Below are positions 9,602 through 20,200 of a DNA stretch of 64,000 nt, in pieces. Numbering within the stretch: position 1 is the first letter of the stretch; the number at the start of each line of letters is the position of its first letter. The position numbers and the translations under genes are program-made. The notes beneath the pieces are model-generated. The model ran no database searches. It was not told where the DNA came from and saw only the letters and a program-made list of their open reading frames with translations. The stretch spans positions 32,001 through 96,000 of the forward strand of contig CAWBAN010000004.1 in NCBI GenBank assembly GCA_963786935.1, written 5' to 3'. Source of the stretch: an uncultured bacterium (GTDB lineage: Bacteria; Krumholzibacteriota; Krumholzibacteriia; Krumholzibacteriales; Krumholzibacteriaceae).

Positions 9602-10649
9602 ATGCTTGAAACCGCCATCCGATACGGCGTGAGCGTGCTCCCCGTCGTCGTCTTTCTCGTCTTCCTCGTGTTCCTCGACAGCTACAAGCTCATCCGGTTC
9701 CGCGCGGTGTTCCTCGCCGTCGCCGCGGGGATCGCCGCGGCGATCGTGAGCCTGATCGCCGGAACGTTCGTGCTCGAGCGTCTTTCCGTCTCCACCGGGG
9801 AATACGGAGCTCGAGGCCGCGCGCGCCTTCGACTTGTACGCCCGCTACATCGCTCCGCCGATCGAGGAGGCGCTCAAGCTCGCGCTCGTGGCATATCTCA
9901 TTCGCGCGAAGCGGATCGGCTTCATGGTCGACGCGGCGATCTGCGGATTCGCCGTCGGCGCGGGATTCGCCATTCTCGAGAACGTCTTCTTCCTCAACCG
10001 GATCGCGACGCCGAACGTGCTCCTCTGGATCATCAGGGGATTCGGGACCGCCGTGATGCACGGCGGGACGACGGCGCTCGCCGGGATCATCGCGATCGAT
10101 CTCATCGAGCGCCGTGCCGCCTCCGGCCTGCTCGCGCTCCTTCCCGGCTTCGCGCTCGCGACGCTCATCCACTCGGCGTACAACCACTTCTTCCTCGAGC
10201 CCGTCTACTCGGCGCTCTGCGTCGTCGTGGCGCTCCCGCTCTTCATGACGATCGTGTTCCGCAGGAGCGAGCGGAGCCTGCGAGGCTGGCTCGGCGTCGG
10301 GTTCGATTCCGACGCGCAGCTTCTCGAGATGATCGAGACCGGATGCGTCTCCGAGACCCGCATCGGGCATTATCTTCTCTCGCTCAAGGCGCGCTTTCCC
10401 GGGGAGGCGGTCGCCGACATGCTCTGCCTCGTGCGGCTCCACGTCGAGCTCGCGCTCAAGGCGAAGGGTATTCTTCTCATGCGCGAGGCGGGATTCGAGG
10501 TCAAGCCGGACGCCGAGACGAAGGAGAAGTTCGAGGAGATGCGCTACCTCGAGAAGAGCATCGGGCGGACGGGCCTCCTCGCGATGGAGCCGATTCTTCA
10601 CTGGAGCAGCCGCGATCTCTGGCAGCTGCACATGCTGGGGAAGAAATAG
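9602..10649 (+). CDS. prsW: PrsW-family intramembrane protease (split by a +1 frameshift near 9790-9830)
   Basis: Motifs APPIEEALK, GFAVGAGFAILEN, MHGG and IHSAYN. Multiple TM segments. N-terminus is in ORF 9602 and C-terminus in ORF 9834. Confidence 0.85.
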
Positions 10650-10652
10650 ATC

Positions 10653-13600
10653 CTACCGGGGCGCGCGCTCCGAGCCGACGGCGATGAACGGCGCCCAGTA
10701 GAAGGGATGCTCGTAGCCGGGCGTCCGCATGAGCGCGAGCCGCGCCTCGTTGAGCGCCGCGGCCGCGGAGCGATCGCCGGAAATCATCGACATATAGAAA
10801 GCCCGCATGAGGAGCGACGTCGATTCGTCCGACACCGCCCAGAGGCTCGAGACGACGCAGGAGGCGCCCGCCGCGAGAAACGCGCGGCTGAGCCCGACGA
10901 CCCCTTCCCCGCGGCCGATCCGTCCGCGCCCCGATTCGCACGCGGAGAGGGTGACGACGCGGGCGTCGATGGGGAGCGAGAGAATCTCGAGCGTATGGAG
11001 CATGCCGTCCTCGCGGCCGGCGCTGTCCGGGAGGAGCGCGATGCAGGAGGCGGCGGGATTCGCGGGATCCACGATCCCGTGCGCCGCGAGATGGAGGAGC
11101 TTCGGGCGAAGCTCGATGAGATCCTTCTTGAGCGCGGCCTCGGTCGCATCGCCGCCGAGAAGGAGAAGCCGCTTCTTGAGCGGGAAGTAGGCCCCGATCC
11201 CCTCGACCTCGCCTCGCGAGTACGGGAGCCGGCGCAGCGGGGGACCGCCTGCGGGAGGCCCGCGGCGGAGGCGCCGCCGCCGAGTCGTCCGCTGCCGCGT
11301 AGGCGGGGTCGCCGGCGGCGAGGAGATCGATTGCGGCGCGCGAACGGGCGCCGCCGCCCCCGCGAAGCTTCATATAGACCGCGCCGGACGGCGCGTACGA
11401 GACGAGATGGGAATTCGCGAGGAACGGACAGTTCTTCCATTCGGTCAATTCCCCGGTCTCTCGCGCGAGGAGCGCCTCGAAGGGGATTTCGAAGAGACAG
11501 TCGTCGGGGACGATGACGAGTCGCGGGTTGCGCTCGAGAAACGGGGCCGCCGGCGCGAGAAGCGCGAGGAAGAGCTTCCGCGCGTAGCGCCGGAGCGCTT
11601 CGTCCCCGCCTCCCGGATTCGAGAGGGCGCTCGAGAGCATCGCGACGTCGTCGCGCAGGGCGCTCCTCGGCGGGAGCTCGAAGAGCTCGATCCCCTTCTT
11701 GTCAACGGCCCAGAGGAGCGAGACGCTGTCGCCCGCGGCGAAGGCGAAGAGCGCCGTCTCCTTCGGGAGGGCCTTTTGGAGCCCCTTGAGGTCCGCGGCT
11801 TCGGCGCGCTCGCCGAGCGTGCCGGCCGCCGACGACACGCGCGAATCCCTGATGTTCCGGTATCGACGCTCGAGACGGCGCTGCTCGTCGGCGTATCCCG
11901 GCGCGGCCGGATCGAGACGGTAGATCGAATCGAGCACGGCGCGCTCCGCCTCCGACTGCTCGTGAACGAGCGATCCCTCGAGCAGATCGAGAAGCCCCCG
12001 CGCCTTCGCACGCTCGATCGTCCGGAACGCCTCGTTCGTCCAGCGGGGGTCGCCCGTCTCGCGCGCCGTGCGCGCGTAGAACCGCGCGACCTCCTCCGAA
12101 TACTGCCGGCGCATTCCGCCGAGGTAGCTCGATCCGAGCTCGGCGCCTCCGATGTCCGCGCGGGTCCGTTCCATGAGATCGAACGCGCGGTCGTAGGAGA
12201 GCCGCGCGCTGTCGGCATTCTCGCGCTCGAAGGAATGGCCGACGCCGAGGTTGAGCGTGAACAGGAGATCGTCAGCGCCGGCCGCCCGGATCCGCGGCTC
12301 GAGGCCGAAATAGATGCGGCGCGCTTCCGGGCCCCTTCCGCCGAGCGCCGTCGCGTTCGCGACGCCGAGCTCGTCCTTGAGCGCGTCCAGCTCGGCGCCG
12401 TCCGCGCGGTCGCGCTCGAGAGCCCGCTCGTAATGCGCGAGCGCGGCCGCCGCGTTCCCTCTCGCCTGCTCGATCTGCGCCGCGAGGACGTGAGCCTCCC
12501 GGAAGAACGGACGGCTCCCCGAGCGCTCGGCGCGCGCAAGCGCCGAATCCGCGAGCGCGAGCCCCGGATCGAATGCCTGAAGCTCGAGGTACAGGTAACC
12601 GAGCTTCACCATGGCTTCCATCTCCTGCGCTTCCATGCTGTTCTCGCGCGCGGCGCCGAGGTAGGCGAGGAGATCGTCCCGGGCGCGGTCGAGCTCTCCC
12701 GTTTCCATGTAGATCTGGCCGCGGTTGCGGTGCAGGAGCGCGGCCTGCACGGGATCGGGATTCTTCGCGAGGAGCGATTCGACGAGGTCGAGCTCGGCGA
12801 GCGCCTCCCGATAGCGGGACTCGGCTCTCAGGTTGAGGGCGAGGTTCATGCGGCAGACGATCTCGGTCTGGGCGTTTCCGCTTTCGATCGACATCGCGAT
12901 GGCGCGGCGGTAGCTCTCGCTCGATTCCCGGATGCGCCCCATGTCGGACTGGAGGCCGGCGATGCTGGTGAGGAGCTCGAGACGCTGTTTCTGATTTCCC
13001 GCGCGCTCGACGATGACGAGCGCTTCCTCGAAGGCGTCGCGCGCGTCGGCGAGGCGCCCGAGGCGCACGTAGGCGTTTCCGAGGTACGTGTAGGACGTGC
13101 CGAGCGCGCCGACGTCGCCCGTCGCGCGACGCATCTCGATCGCTTGAAGGTAATAATCGACGGCCTCCCGGTTATTCTCGAGCATGAACGCCGCGGTGCC
13201 GAGGCCGTTCAGCGTGCGGCCGACGAGGATGTTGTGCTCGATCGCGCGGCGAGCCTCGAGCGCCGAGAGATAATATTCGCGGACGGTCCGGAAATCCCCC
13301 TTGTTGAACGCCGCGACCCCGAGGCTCCCCCACACGACCGCCTCGGAGTACCGGTCGCCGATTCGCTTGTATATCTCGAGCGAGCGCTGGAGGAGAGCGA
13401 TCGCGTCGTCGTACCGTTTTTCCCCCTGCGCGGCGGAGGCGTCCTTCTCGAGCTGCCTGGCGGATCGCCGCAGCTCGCGCTCGGCGGCCCCCCAGCCCCG
13501 GTACGACGCGGCGAGATCGAGCAGGGCGGTCGAGCCCTTCGCGTCGCGGTAGAGAGCCGCGACGCGGTCCGCGAGGGCGACGTTCTCCCGCTCGGCGTCC

Positions 13601-13863
13601 TTGTTTCCGCCGTCTCCCGCGGTCACTCCGGCGTCGAGGAGCTGAGCGACCGCCGCGCCGGCCAGCATCGAATGGGCGCCGACGTAGGCCGCGAGCGACT
13701 CCGGCGGCGCGGTCCGCGAGAGGGAGTCCGCCATCGTGATGAATTGGCCGGCAGGATCCTGCGCCTGGAGAGGAGAATGAGTCCCAAGCAGCAGTCCGGC
13801 AGCGAGCGCCGCCAAGAACGGCCGACGACCGCGGAATGTCGCTGGAGAAATAAGCGATATCAT
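10653..13863 (-). CDS. TPR + CHAT (caspase-HetF) protease with predicted signal peptide; +1 frameshift near 11250-11280
   Basis: Many TPR helices. LVIVPDD.LF.IPFEAL precedes the shift. The shifted frame gives RLPYSRGEVEGI...LLHLAAHG...VTLSACESG...GL.RAFL.AGA..VVSSLWAV.D...HPFYWAPF, so the His-Cys dyad is present. Confidence 0.9.
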
Positions 13864-13930
13864 CTCGTTGCCGACTGTATCACGAGCCGGCCCGCGATGT
13901 GAACCATGCTTTTCGGCGGCCCGGCGGCCG

Positions 13931-16900
13931 CTATCGAATCATCACGAGCTTCTTTGTCGCGCTGAAGCCGGCCGTCTCCATCTTGTAGAAATAGATCCCG
14001 CTCGCCACGCCCGCGCCGGCGCCGTTGCGGCCGTCCCACGCGACCGAGTGAATGCCGGCCTCCTTCTCTCCGTTCACGAGCGTCCGCACGAGCTGTCCCG
14101 CGACGTTGTAGATCCTGATCGAGACGAGCCCGCGGTCCTTCATGTCGTACCTGATCGTCGTCGACGGGTTGAAGGGATTCGGGTAGTTCTGCGCGAGAGT
14201 GTACGCGCGCGGTATGTCGGCCGGGGTGACGTCGATGTTCGTCCCGGCCTGCAGCCACGAGAGTGCGTCGTCGGCGACGTGGAAGCGGTCGATCGGCGCG
14301 CCCGCCGCGTCGTCGCGAATCAGCGGAAAGTCGAAGCCGAACCACATCGTTCGCACCGCGTATCCGGCCGGATTCGTTCGGGTGTTCGCGACGGCCGCGA
14401 GGTAGTTCGTGCCGCCATGCTGCGGATATGCGAGGGCGCCCAGTCCGGATCCCGCCGTCTGGAGAACGTCGAAGCTGTTGATGATGGGACAGCCGCCGTA
14501 GGCGTAGAACCGGTCGGGCAAGCCGGCGTGAATGAAGATGCCGGCAGCCGCGACGCCCGAAATGAGCGGGCTGACGACGCCGCCGGCGCTGGCCCCGCCG
14601 GTCGCTTCGAAGTAGCTCGTGTTGGCGAGATCGATGCCGCACCAGCTGCCCTGCAGCTCCATTCTGGCGGCGCTGCCGCTCTCGCTCGCCGCGTTGTCCC
14701 CGCAGATCCAGAGGCCGCACGGATGATCTGAAAGGGTCAGCCAATCCAGGAGCATCTGGCAGTCGCTGATGAATATTGATGGATCCCACGCGGGCTGCAC
14801 TTCATAAAGGCCGCCGTGCCAGATAATATTGTTGTAGCTTTGCGCGAGCTGCGCCGAAGTAACGTCCTGGCTTAGGCCCGTAGTCCAGCGGACATGATAC
14901 TGGTCGACTTTATTGGCCGGCGGGGATAGAACCGCGTCGAGCGCCGTCTGCCAATACTGAGTCGTCACGTCCGCGGGGAATTTCGGGAAATGCGCGACCA
15001 GGAGAATGTCGCTGTTCAACGTGGGTAGGCAGGTGAACTCGTAGTACGGCCCCGTGTGGAGCCTTCCGGCCCATTCGGGAAGCGTCGTGACGACGCCGGC
15101 GTTGTCTCTCGCGCTGAAGTAGTATTCTATCTGGTAGCCGCGCGTGAAAAGCTCGTCGTTGAGATCGACCATGTAGTTATCAGCTCCGTTCAGCGAGCCG
15201 TCGTCCCACCGGTTCGAGTCGCACTGTATGGTCGTCCACGTCCCGTCGTCGCCCACGTAGTTGAAGACGATGCCGGGGGCGGTCGAGCCCGCGAGAGAGG
15301 GGCCGACAAGGGGCGGCTTCAGTGGGGGCGGGCCGATATACGTGGCCTTGACGTGCAGATACACGGCGGGACCTCCGAAGGTCGGATCCGCGGCGATTCC
15401 GCCGCCGAGGAGCGACACACACACGACCGAGCTCGCATCCCCACCGGCTTCGGTCCGGACATAGCTTTCGATATCGGACTCATTCTCCGGAAAGTTGTCC
15501 TCGAAAAATGCATTTGATACTGGCGGTGTCCATCGGGGGCCGGTGGTTCTGTAGCGGTAGAGACCGACGTTGTCGATATAGGGCGACGGAGTATGTTGGG
15601 CGCAGTCGCCGTAAGTGAGATACCACCACTTGCACAAATCCACGCAGCCCATCCGGATCTGAACGGGCTCGTTGGCTCCGGCGACGATACTCACATCATA
15701 TGTTGCGTACTGGTAGTCGGTATAAGGGCCGTAGTACACATATCCGCCATTCTCGTTCCCCGCGGCATCGAGCCACGGTCCGGGACATCCGTCGCCGTAA
15801 ACCCGGCGGATCGCCCAGCTGAAGAACACGAGATTTTCGAGCGGCAAGTCTCGATACGCCGTGAATCGAAGCTGGGCTCCGCCGAGCTGCTGCAGATCCC
15901 CCGGCGGAATCGTGCCGTTTTGCACGGAGCTCTTGTTCGTCGAGTATTTCGTCAAGTCGAGTACGGGGGAGACGATCGCTTCATCCTGGCACGGATAGGA
16001 GGTGCCGCCTGCACCTGTGCAAAAGGGAGTGTCGTAGAGGCCCGGGTAGCTCGTGCTCGGATTCGGAGAGCCGATGAAGAACACGACCTGGGTTCCGAAG
16101 TTGTCGCCGCACGGATCCCGGTCCGTGAGGCTATTCTTGAGGCCCGAGTAGAGACCGAATGGGGGCGCCGGGCGGGCATGCCAGATGCCGACGTCCGTGG
16201 CGCCGACAGCGGCGCTTTCGAAGGTCTCCAGGTTGACAAAGCCGCCTCCATCCGCCACGCGAATATTATCTATAATGCAAGCGCCGTCCGTGTTATTCCC
16301 ACCGTCCTCGTCGTCCCACCCAATATCGGAGGTGAAATGAAAGCGGAGCTTCGTTCTCGCCTGCGTGCCGATAATGACGTGCTGGGCGCCGGTTTCCCCT
16401 ACGCCGGTATAGGATGCGAGCGTCTGCCAGTCGTTGCTCCCGGCGTCGTATTGAACCTCGGTGATGTCAAAGCCCTCTTCGGAATCCCACACGATATTGT
16501 ACTGGAGCGTGATGGCGCCCGAGAAGCTCATCGCGTTCGTCGTGAGGATCTGGTCCCAGTTGGTGCCGTAGCCGGGCGCCTCTTTCCAGTGACAGATGTA
16601 CGGATCGTTCGAGCTCGTCCGGGTGCCGCACCACATCGATTTCGCGCCCTCGATCGGCACGAGGCGGCCGAAGTCGCCTCCGCCCAGAGCGTAGAAATCG
16701 TCGACGTGAAAGAAGGTGTCCCGCTCGGTATAGTCGATCCGCGTCCAACCCTGCCAGCTCTTCGGCTCGAAGTCGTACCATACGATGCAGTACGAATCGA
16801 CAGCGGCGGTCTCGAGAAGGGCGCGAAGCGCGGGATCGGCGGATTCCAGAGAACTATTGTCCGATGAGAATTCCACGGGGACGAGTTTTCGCTTGAATTT

Positions 16901-16975
16901 GTCGCGGGCCAAGACCGGATTGACGGATACGATGATGACGCAGATGCAAAGCATGAGGACAAGCAGATTCTTCAT
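13931..16975 (-). CDS. Large exported Cys-rich protein with C-terminal FlgD-Ig / T9SS-A-like domain
   Basis: Signal peptide MKNLLVLMLCICVIIVSVNPVLA. C-terminus LAQNYPNPFNPSTTI.Y...IYNVAGQLVRTL...WDG...VASGIYFY...KKLVMIR. Function unknown. Confidence 0.8.
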   Translation of the reverse strand: MKNLLVLMLCICVIIVSVNPVLARDKFKRKLVPVEFSSDNSSLESADPALRALLETAAVDSYCIVWYDFEPKSWQGWTRIDYTERDTFFHVDDFYALGGGDFGRLVPIEGAKSMWCGTRTSSNDPYICHWKEAPGYGTNWDQILTTNAMSFSGAITLQYNIVWDSEEGFDITEVQYDAGSNDWQTLASYTGVGETGAQHVIIGTQARTKLRFHFTSDIGWDDEDGGNNTDGACIIDNIRVADGGGFVNLETFESAAVGATDVGIWHARPAPPFGLYSGLKNSLTDRDPCGDNFGTQVVFFIGSPNPSTSYPGLYDTPFCTGAGGTSYPCQDEAIVSPVLDLTKYSTNKSSVQNGTIPPGDLQQLGGAQLRFTAYRDLPLENLVFFSWAIRRVYGDGCPGPWLDAAGNENGGYVYYGPYTDYQYATYDVSIVAGANEPVQIRMGCVDLCKWWYLTYGDCAQHTPSPYIDNVGLYRYRTTGPRWTPPVSNAFFEDNFPENESDIESYVRTEAGGDASSVVCVSLLGGGIAADPTFGGPAVYLHVKATYIGPPPLKPPLVGPSLAGSTAPGIVFNYVGDDGTWTTIQCDSNRWDDGSLNGADNYMVDLNDELFTRGYQIEYYFSARDNAGVVTTLPEWAGRLHTGPYYEFTCLPTLNSDILLVAHFPKFPADVTTQYWQTALDAVLSPPANKVDQYHVRWTTGLSQDVTSAQLAQSYNNIIWHGGLYEVQPAWDPSIFISDCQMLLDWLTLSDHPCGLWICGDNAASESGSAARMELQGSWCGIDLANTSYFEATGGASAGGVVSPLISGVAAAGIFIHAGLPDRFYAYGGCPIINSFDVLQTAGSGLGALAYPQHGGTNYLAAVANTRTNPAGYAVRTMWFGFDFPLIRDDAAGAPIDRFHVADDALSWLQAGTNIDVTPADIPRAYTLAQNYPNPFNPSTTIRYDMKDRGLVSIRIYNVAGQLVRTLVNGEKEAGIHSVAWDGRNGAGAGVASGIYFYKMETAGFSATKKLVMIR

Positions 16976-17242
16976 AGACGCGCTCCCCTCGTCTCGACGG
17001 AATGAGACATGCCGTGTCAAAATCATTCGGTCATTTTGGAGAATCCCCCCACAGGATATGCCGCAACTGAAGCCTTTTTGCGAAAAGGCTTAGTCAACTA
17101 TAGTTTACCATAACGCTGCCCTTCTTGCAATCGCTATTGTGTTGAAACTCGTTGCATTTATTCATGCTACTCTGGTAAGATGGGCTGTGGCTTATCTCGG
17201 TAATTAGATAGGGGAACCGTTTGCCATCCTCGAAGGGCCGAA

Positions 17243-20200
17243 ATGATCGGCAGGACGCTATCGCATTATAGAATAGTGGATAAGCTCGGCTCGGGGGGAA
17301 TGGGCACGGTCTACCGTGCCGAAGACACGAGCCTCGGCCGGCCGGTGGCCGTCAAGGTTCTTTCTCCCCATCTCATCTCCGATCCAAAGGCTCGACATCG
17401 TTTTCTCCACGAGGCCAAGGCCGCGGCCGCTCTCGATCACCCCGGCATCTGCACGGTCTATGAAGCCGGAGAGGCGGAGGGGCAGCTCTTCATTGCAATG
17501 GCTCTCTTGGAAGGGCAGACACTGCAGGAACGGATCGCAGCGGGGCCCCTATCGATCGATGAGTCTCTCGATATCGCGACGCAGGTGGCGGGGGCGCTCA
17601 AAGAGGCGCACGGGAAGGGTATCGTTCACCGGGACATCAAGCCCGCGAACGTCATGCTGCTGTCGAGCGGCCAGGCGAAGGTGATGGACTTCGGGCTGGC
17701 CCGGCTCGAGGGCGCCACGCAGCTCACCCGGACCGGCACGACGCTGGGGACGGCGGCATATATGTCGCCCGAGCAGGTGCGCGGGGAAGTGGCGGATGCA
17801 CGGAGCGACATCTGGTCTCTGGGCGTGGTGCTGTACGAGATGGTATCGGGCCGTCTGCCGTTTCGGGGAGAATACGAGCCGGCGGTAGATTATGCGATCG
17901 TGCATGAGGAGCCGGAGGCGCTGACGGCTATCCGTCCGGATGTGACGCGCGAGGTCGAGTCGCTCGTGGGCCGTTGTCTCAAGAAGAATCCCGCCGAACG
18001 CTACCAAAGCGCCGATGAGCTGCTCGCGGCTCTGGGGAAGATCGGGACGCGCGGCGCCCCGGTGTCTCCGAAAGAGCCGGTTAAGCCCCCGGGGAAACCG
18101 AGGGCCTCATCGACTGGACCAGCTGCCGCGGGCAGGCCGACGGCACTTTCGGGCACCTCTGCGACCGCGGTTCAGATTCTCGGCGATCGTTATCGCATCG
18201 AGCGCCTCCTCGGCCGCGGCGGCATGGGTGAGGTTTGGCTCGCCTTCGATCTGAAGCTCGGGGTCGAAGTGGCCCTGAAGTTCTTGCTTCCCGAAGTGAG
18301 CTCCGATCCCCAGCGTATTGCCCTTCTCAGGCGCGAGGTGCGCACTGCCCGCAACGTGGCCTCTCCCCATGTCTGCCGCGTCTTCGACCTGATCGAGATC
18401 GAAGGCCAGGAGCTCGTGTCGATGGAGTATGTCGACGGCACGACGCTCCAGGAGCTTCTCGCGGCCCAGAGCCCCCTCGATATCGTCGAAGCCCGCCGCA
18501 TTGCCACCCAGCTTCTCACAGGGCTCCAAGACATCCACAATGCAGGGCTGATCCATAGGGATCTGAAGCCGCGCGAATGTCATGATCACCCGTTCGGGCA
18601 GAGCAGTAGTGATGGACTTCGGCCTGGCGAAGGGTGTTGCCGATACTCAGACGGTCGCCCTCGCCGGAACACCGGCATACATGTCTCCCGAGCAAATGCG
18701 GGGAGAGGAGCTCGACGCGAGAGCGGATCTCTACGCGGTGGGGATGATCCTGGCCGAGATGGTCGCTCCCGAAGGCGTGCGGGACAATTCGCTTCGCCGG
18801 AAGCTCTGGGACGGGCTCAGGCAGGATCCGCCGAAGGCGCCGCCGGGCCCCTGGGAGGGAGCCATTCGTCGGGCTGTCGCCGCCAACCGCGGCGAGCGTT
18901 TCGCATCCGCAGCCGAGATGGCGAGGGTCCTTGGCGACGGCGGCCAGCGCCTGAGCGGTCTGGAGGAGCTGAGCCCCTATCCCGGGCTCTCGAGTTTCAC
19001 CGGGGAGCAGGCGAAGTTCTTCTTCGGTCGCGAGCTCGATGTCGAGTCGATCTGGCGGAAGATCAGCCGGCTCTCTCTCTCGGCGCTCATCGGCCCCTCG
19101 GGCGTGGGGAAGAGCTCGTTCCTGCGCGCGGGCGTGATCGCCGCGAAGCCCGACGGCTGGAACGTCGTGATATCCACTCCGGGGGATGCTCCCTTTGCCT
19201 CGCTCGCTCAGAGCTTCTTGCCCGAGTTCGTCGGTCAAACCGATGCGATGCGCGATCTCCTGCGCTTCAATGACGTCGACCGTGTCATTCCCCTGCTTCA
19301 CGGATGGCGCCAACGGAACAAGCAGGCGCTCCTTGTCATCGACCAGTTCGAGGAGCTCTTCACGCTCAATCCTCCTGAAGTGCAAAGTCGCTTCGCCGAG
19401 CTGCTCGGGCGGCTGTCGGTGGAGGCGGATATACACGTTCTCGTATCGATGCGGGATGATTTCTTTTTCCTCTGTCATCAGTATCCCGCCCTGCGTCCGC
19501 TCTTCATGGATGCGACGCCCCTGGGGCCGCTCTCGGCGCATGATCTGCGCAGGGCGATCGTGGAGCCCGCGCGCCTGTGCGGCTTCGCCTTCGAGGATGA
19601 AGCGCTCGTCGACGGGATGATGGCCGAGGTGGAAGGAGAGCGCGGCGCTCTGCCGCTTGTGGCCTTCGCTACGGCGAGGCTCTGGGACCTGCGGGATCGG
19701 GAGCATGGGGTGATCTCGCGGAACGCCTATGAAGAGATCGGCCGTGTCGGCGGCGCTCTGGCTCAGCATGCGGAAGCGACGCTGGATCGAATCGGGCATG
19801 AGCGAGAGGACCTGGTCCGCGAGATCTTCCGCAACCTCGTTACCGCGCAGCACACGAGGGTCGTGCGTGAGAGCGGATGAACTTCTGAGTGTCTTCGAGG
19901 ATCGGGCGGCGGCCGAAGAAGTCCTCAAGACATTGATCGACGCGCGGCTTCTCACGTCATTCGAGATTGCCGATGCTCGCGAGGGCTCGAAGGAGCGCCA
20001 TCGCATAGAGATCGTCCACGAATCCTTGCTCACGAGCTGGCCACGTCTCGTGCGCTGGCAAACACAGGACACGGACGGCGCGCAGCTGCGCGATCAGCTT
20101 CGCCAGGCCGCTCAGCTCTGGAAGGAAAAGAGCGAGTCGGACGATCTGCTCTGGACGGGAACTGCCTATAAAGAATTCGAACTGTGGCGGGAACGCTACC

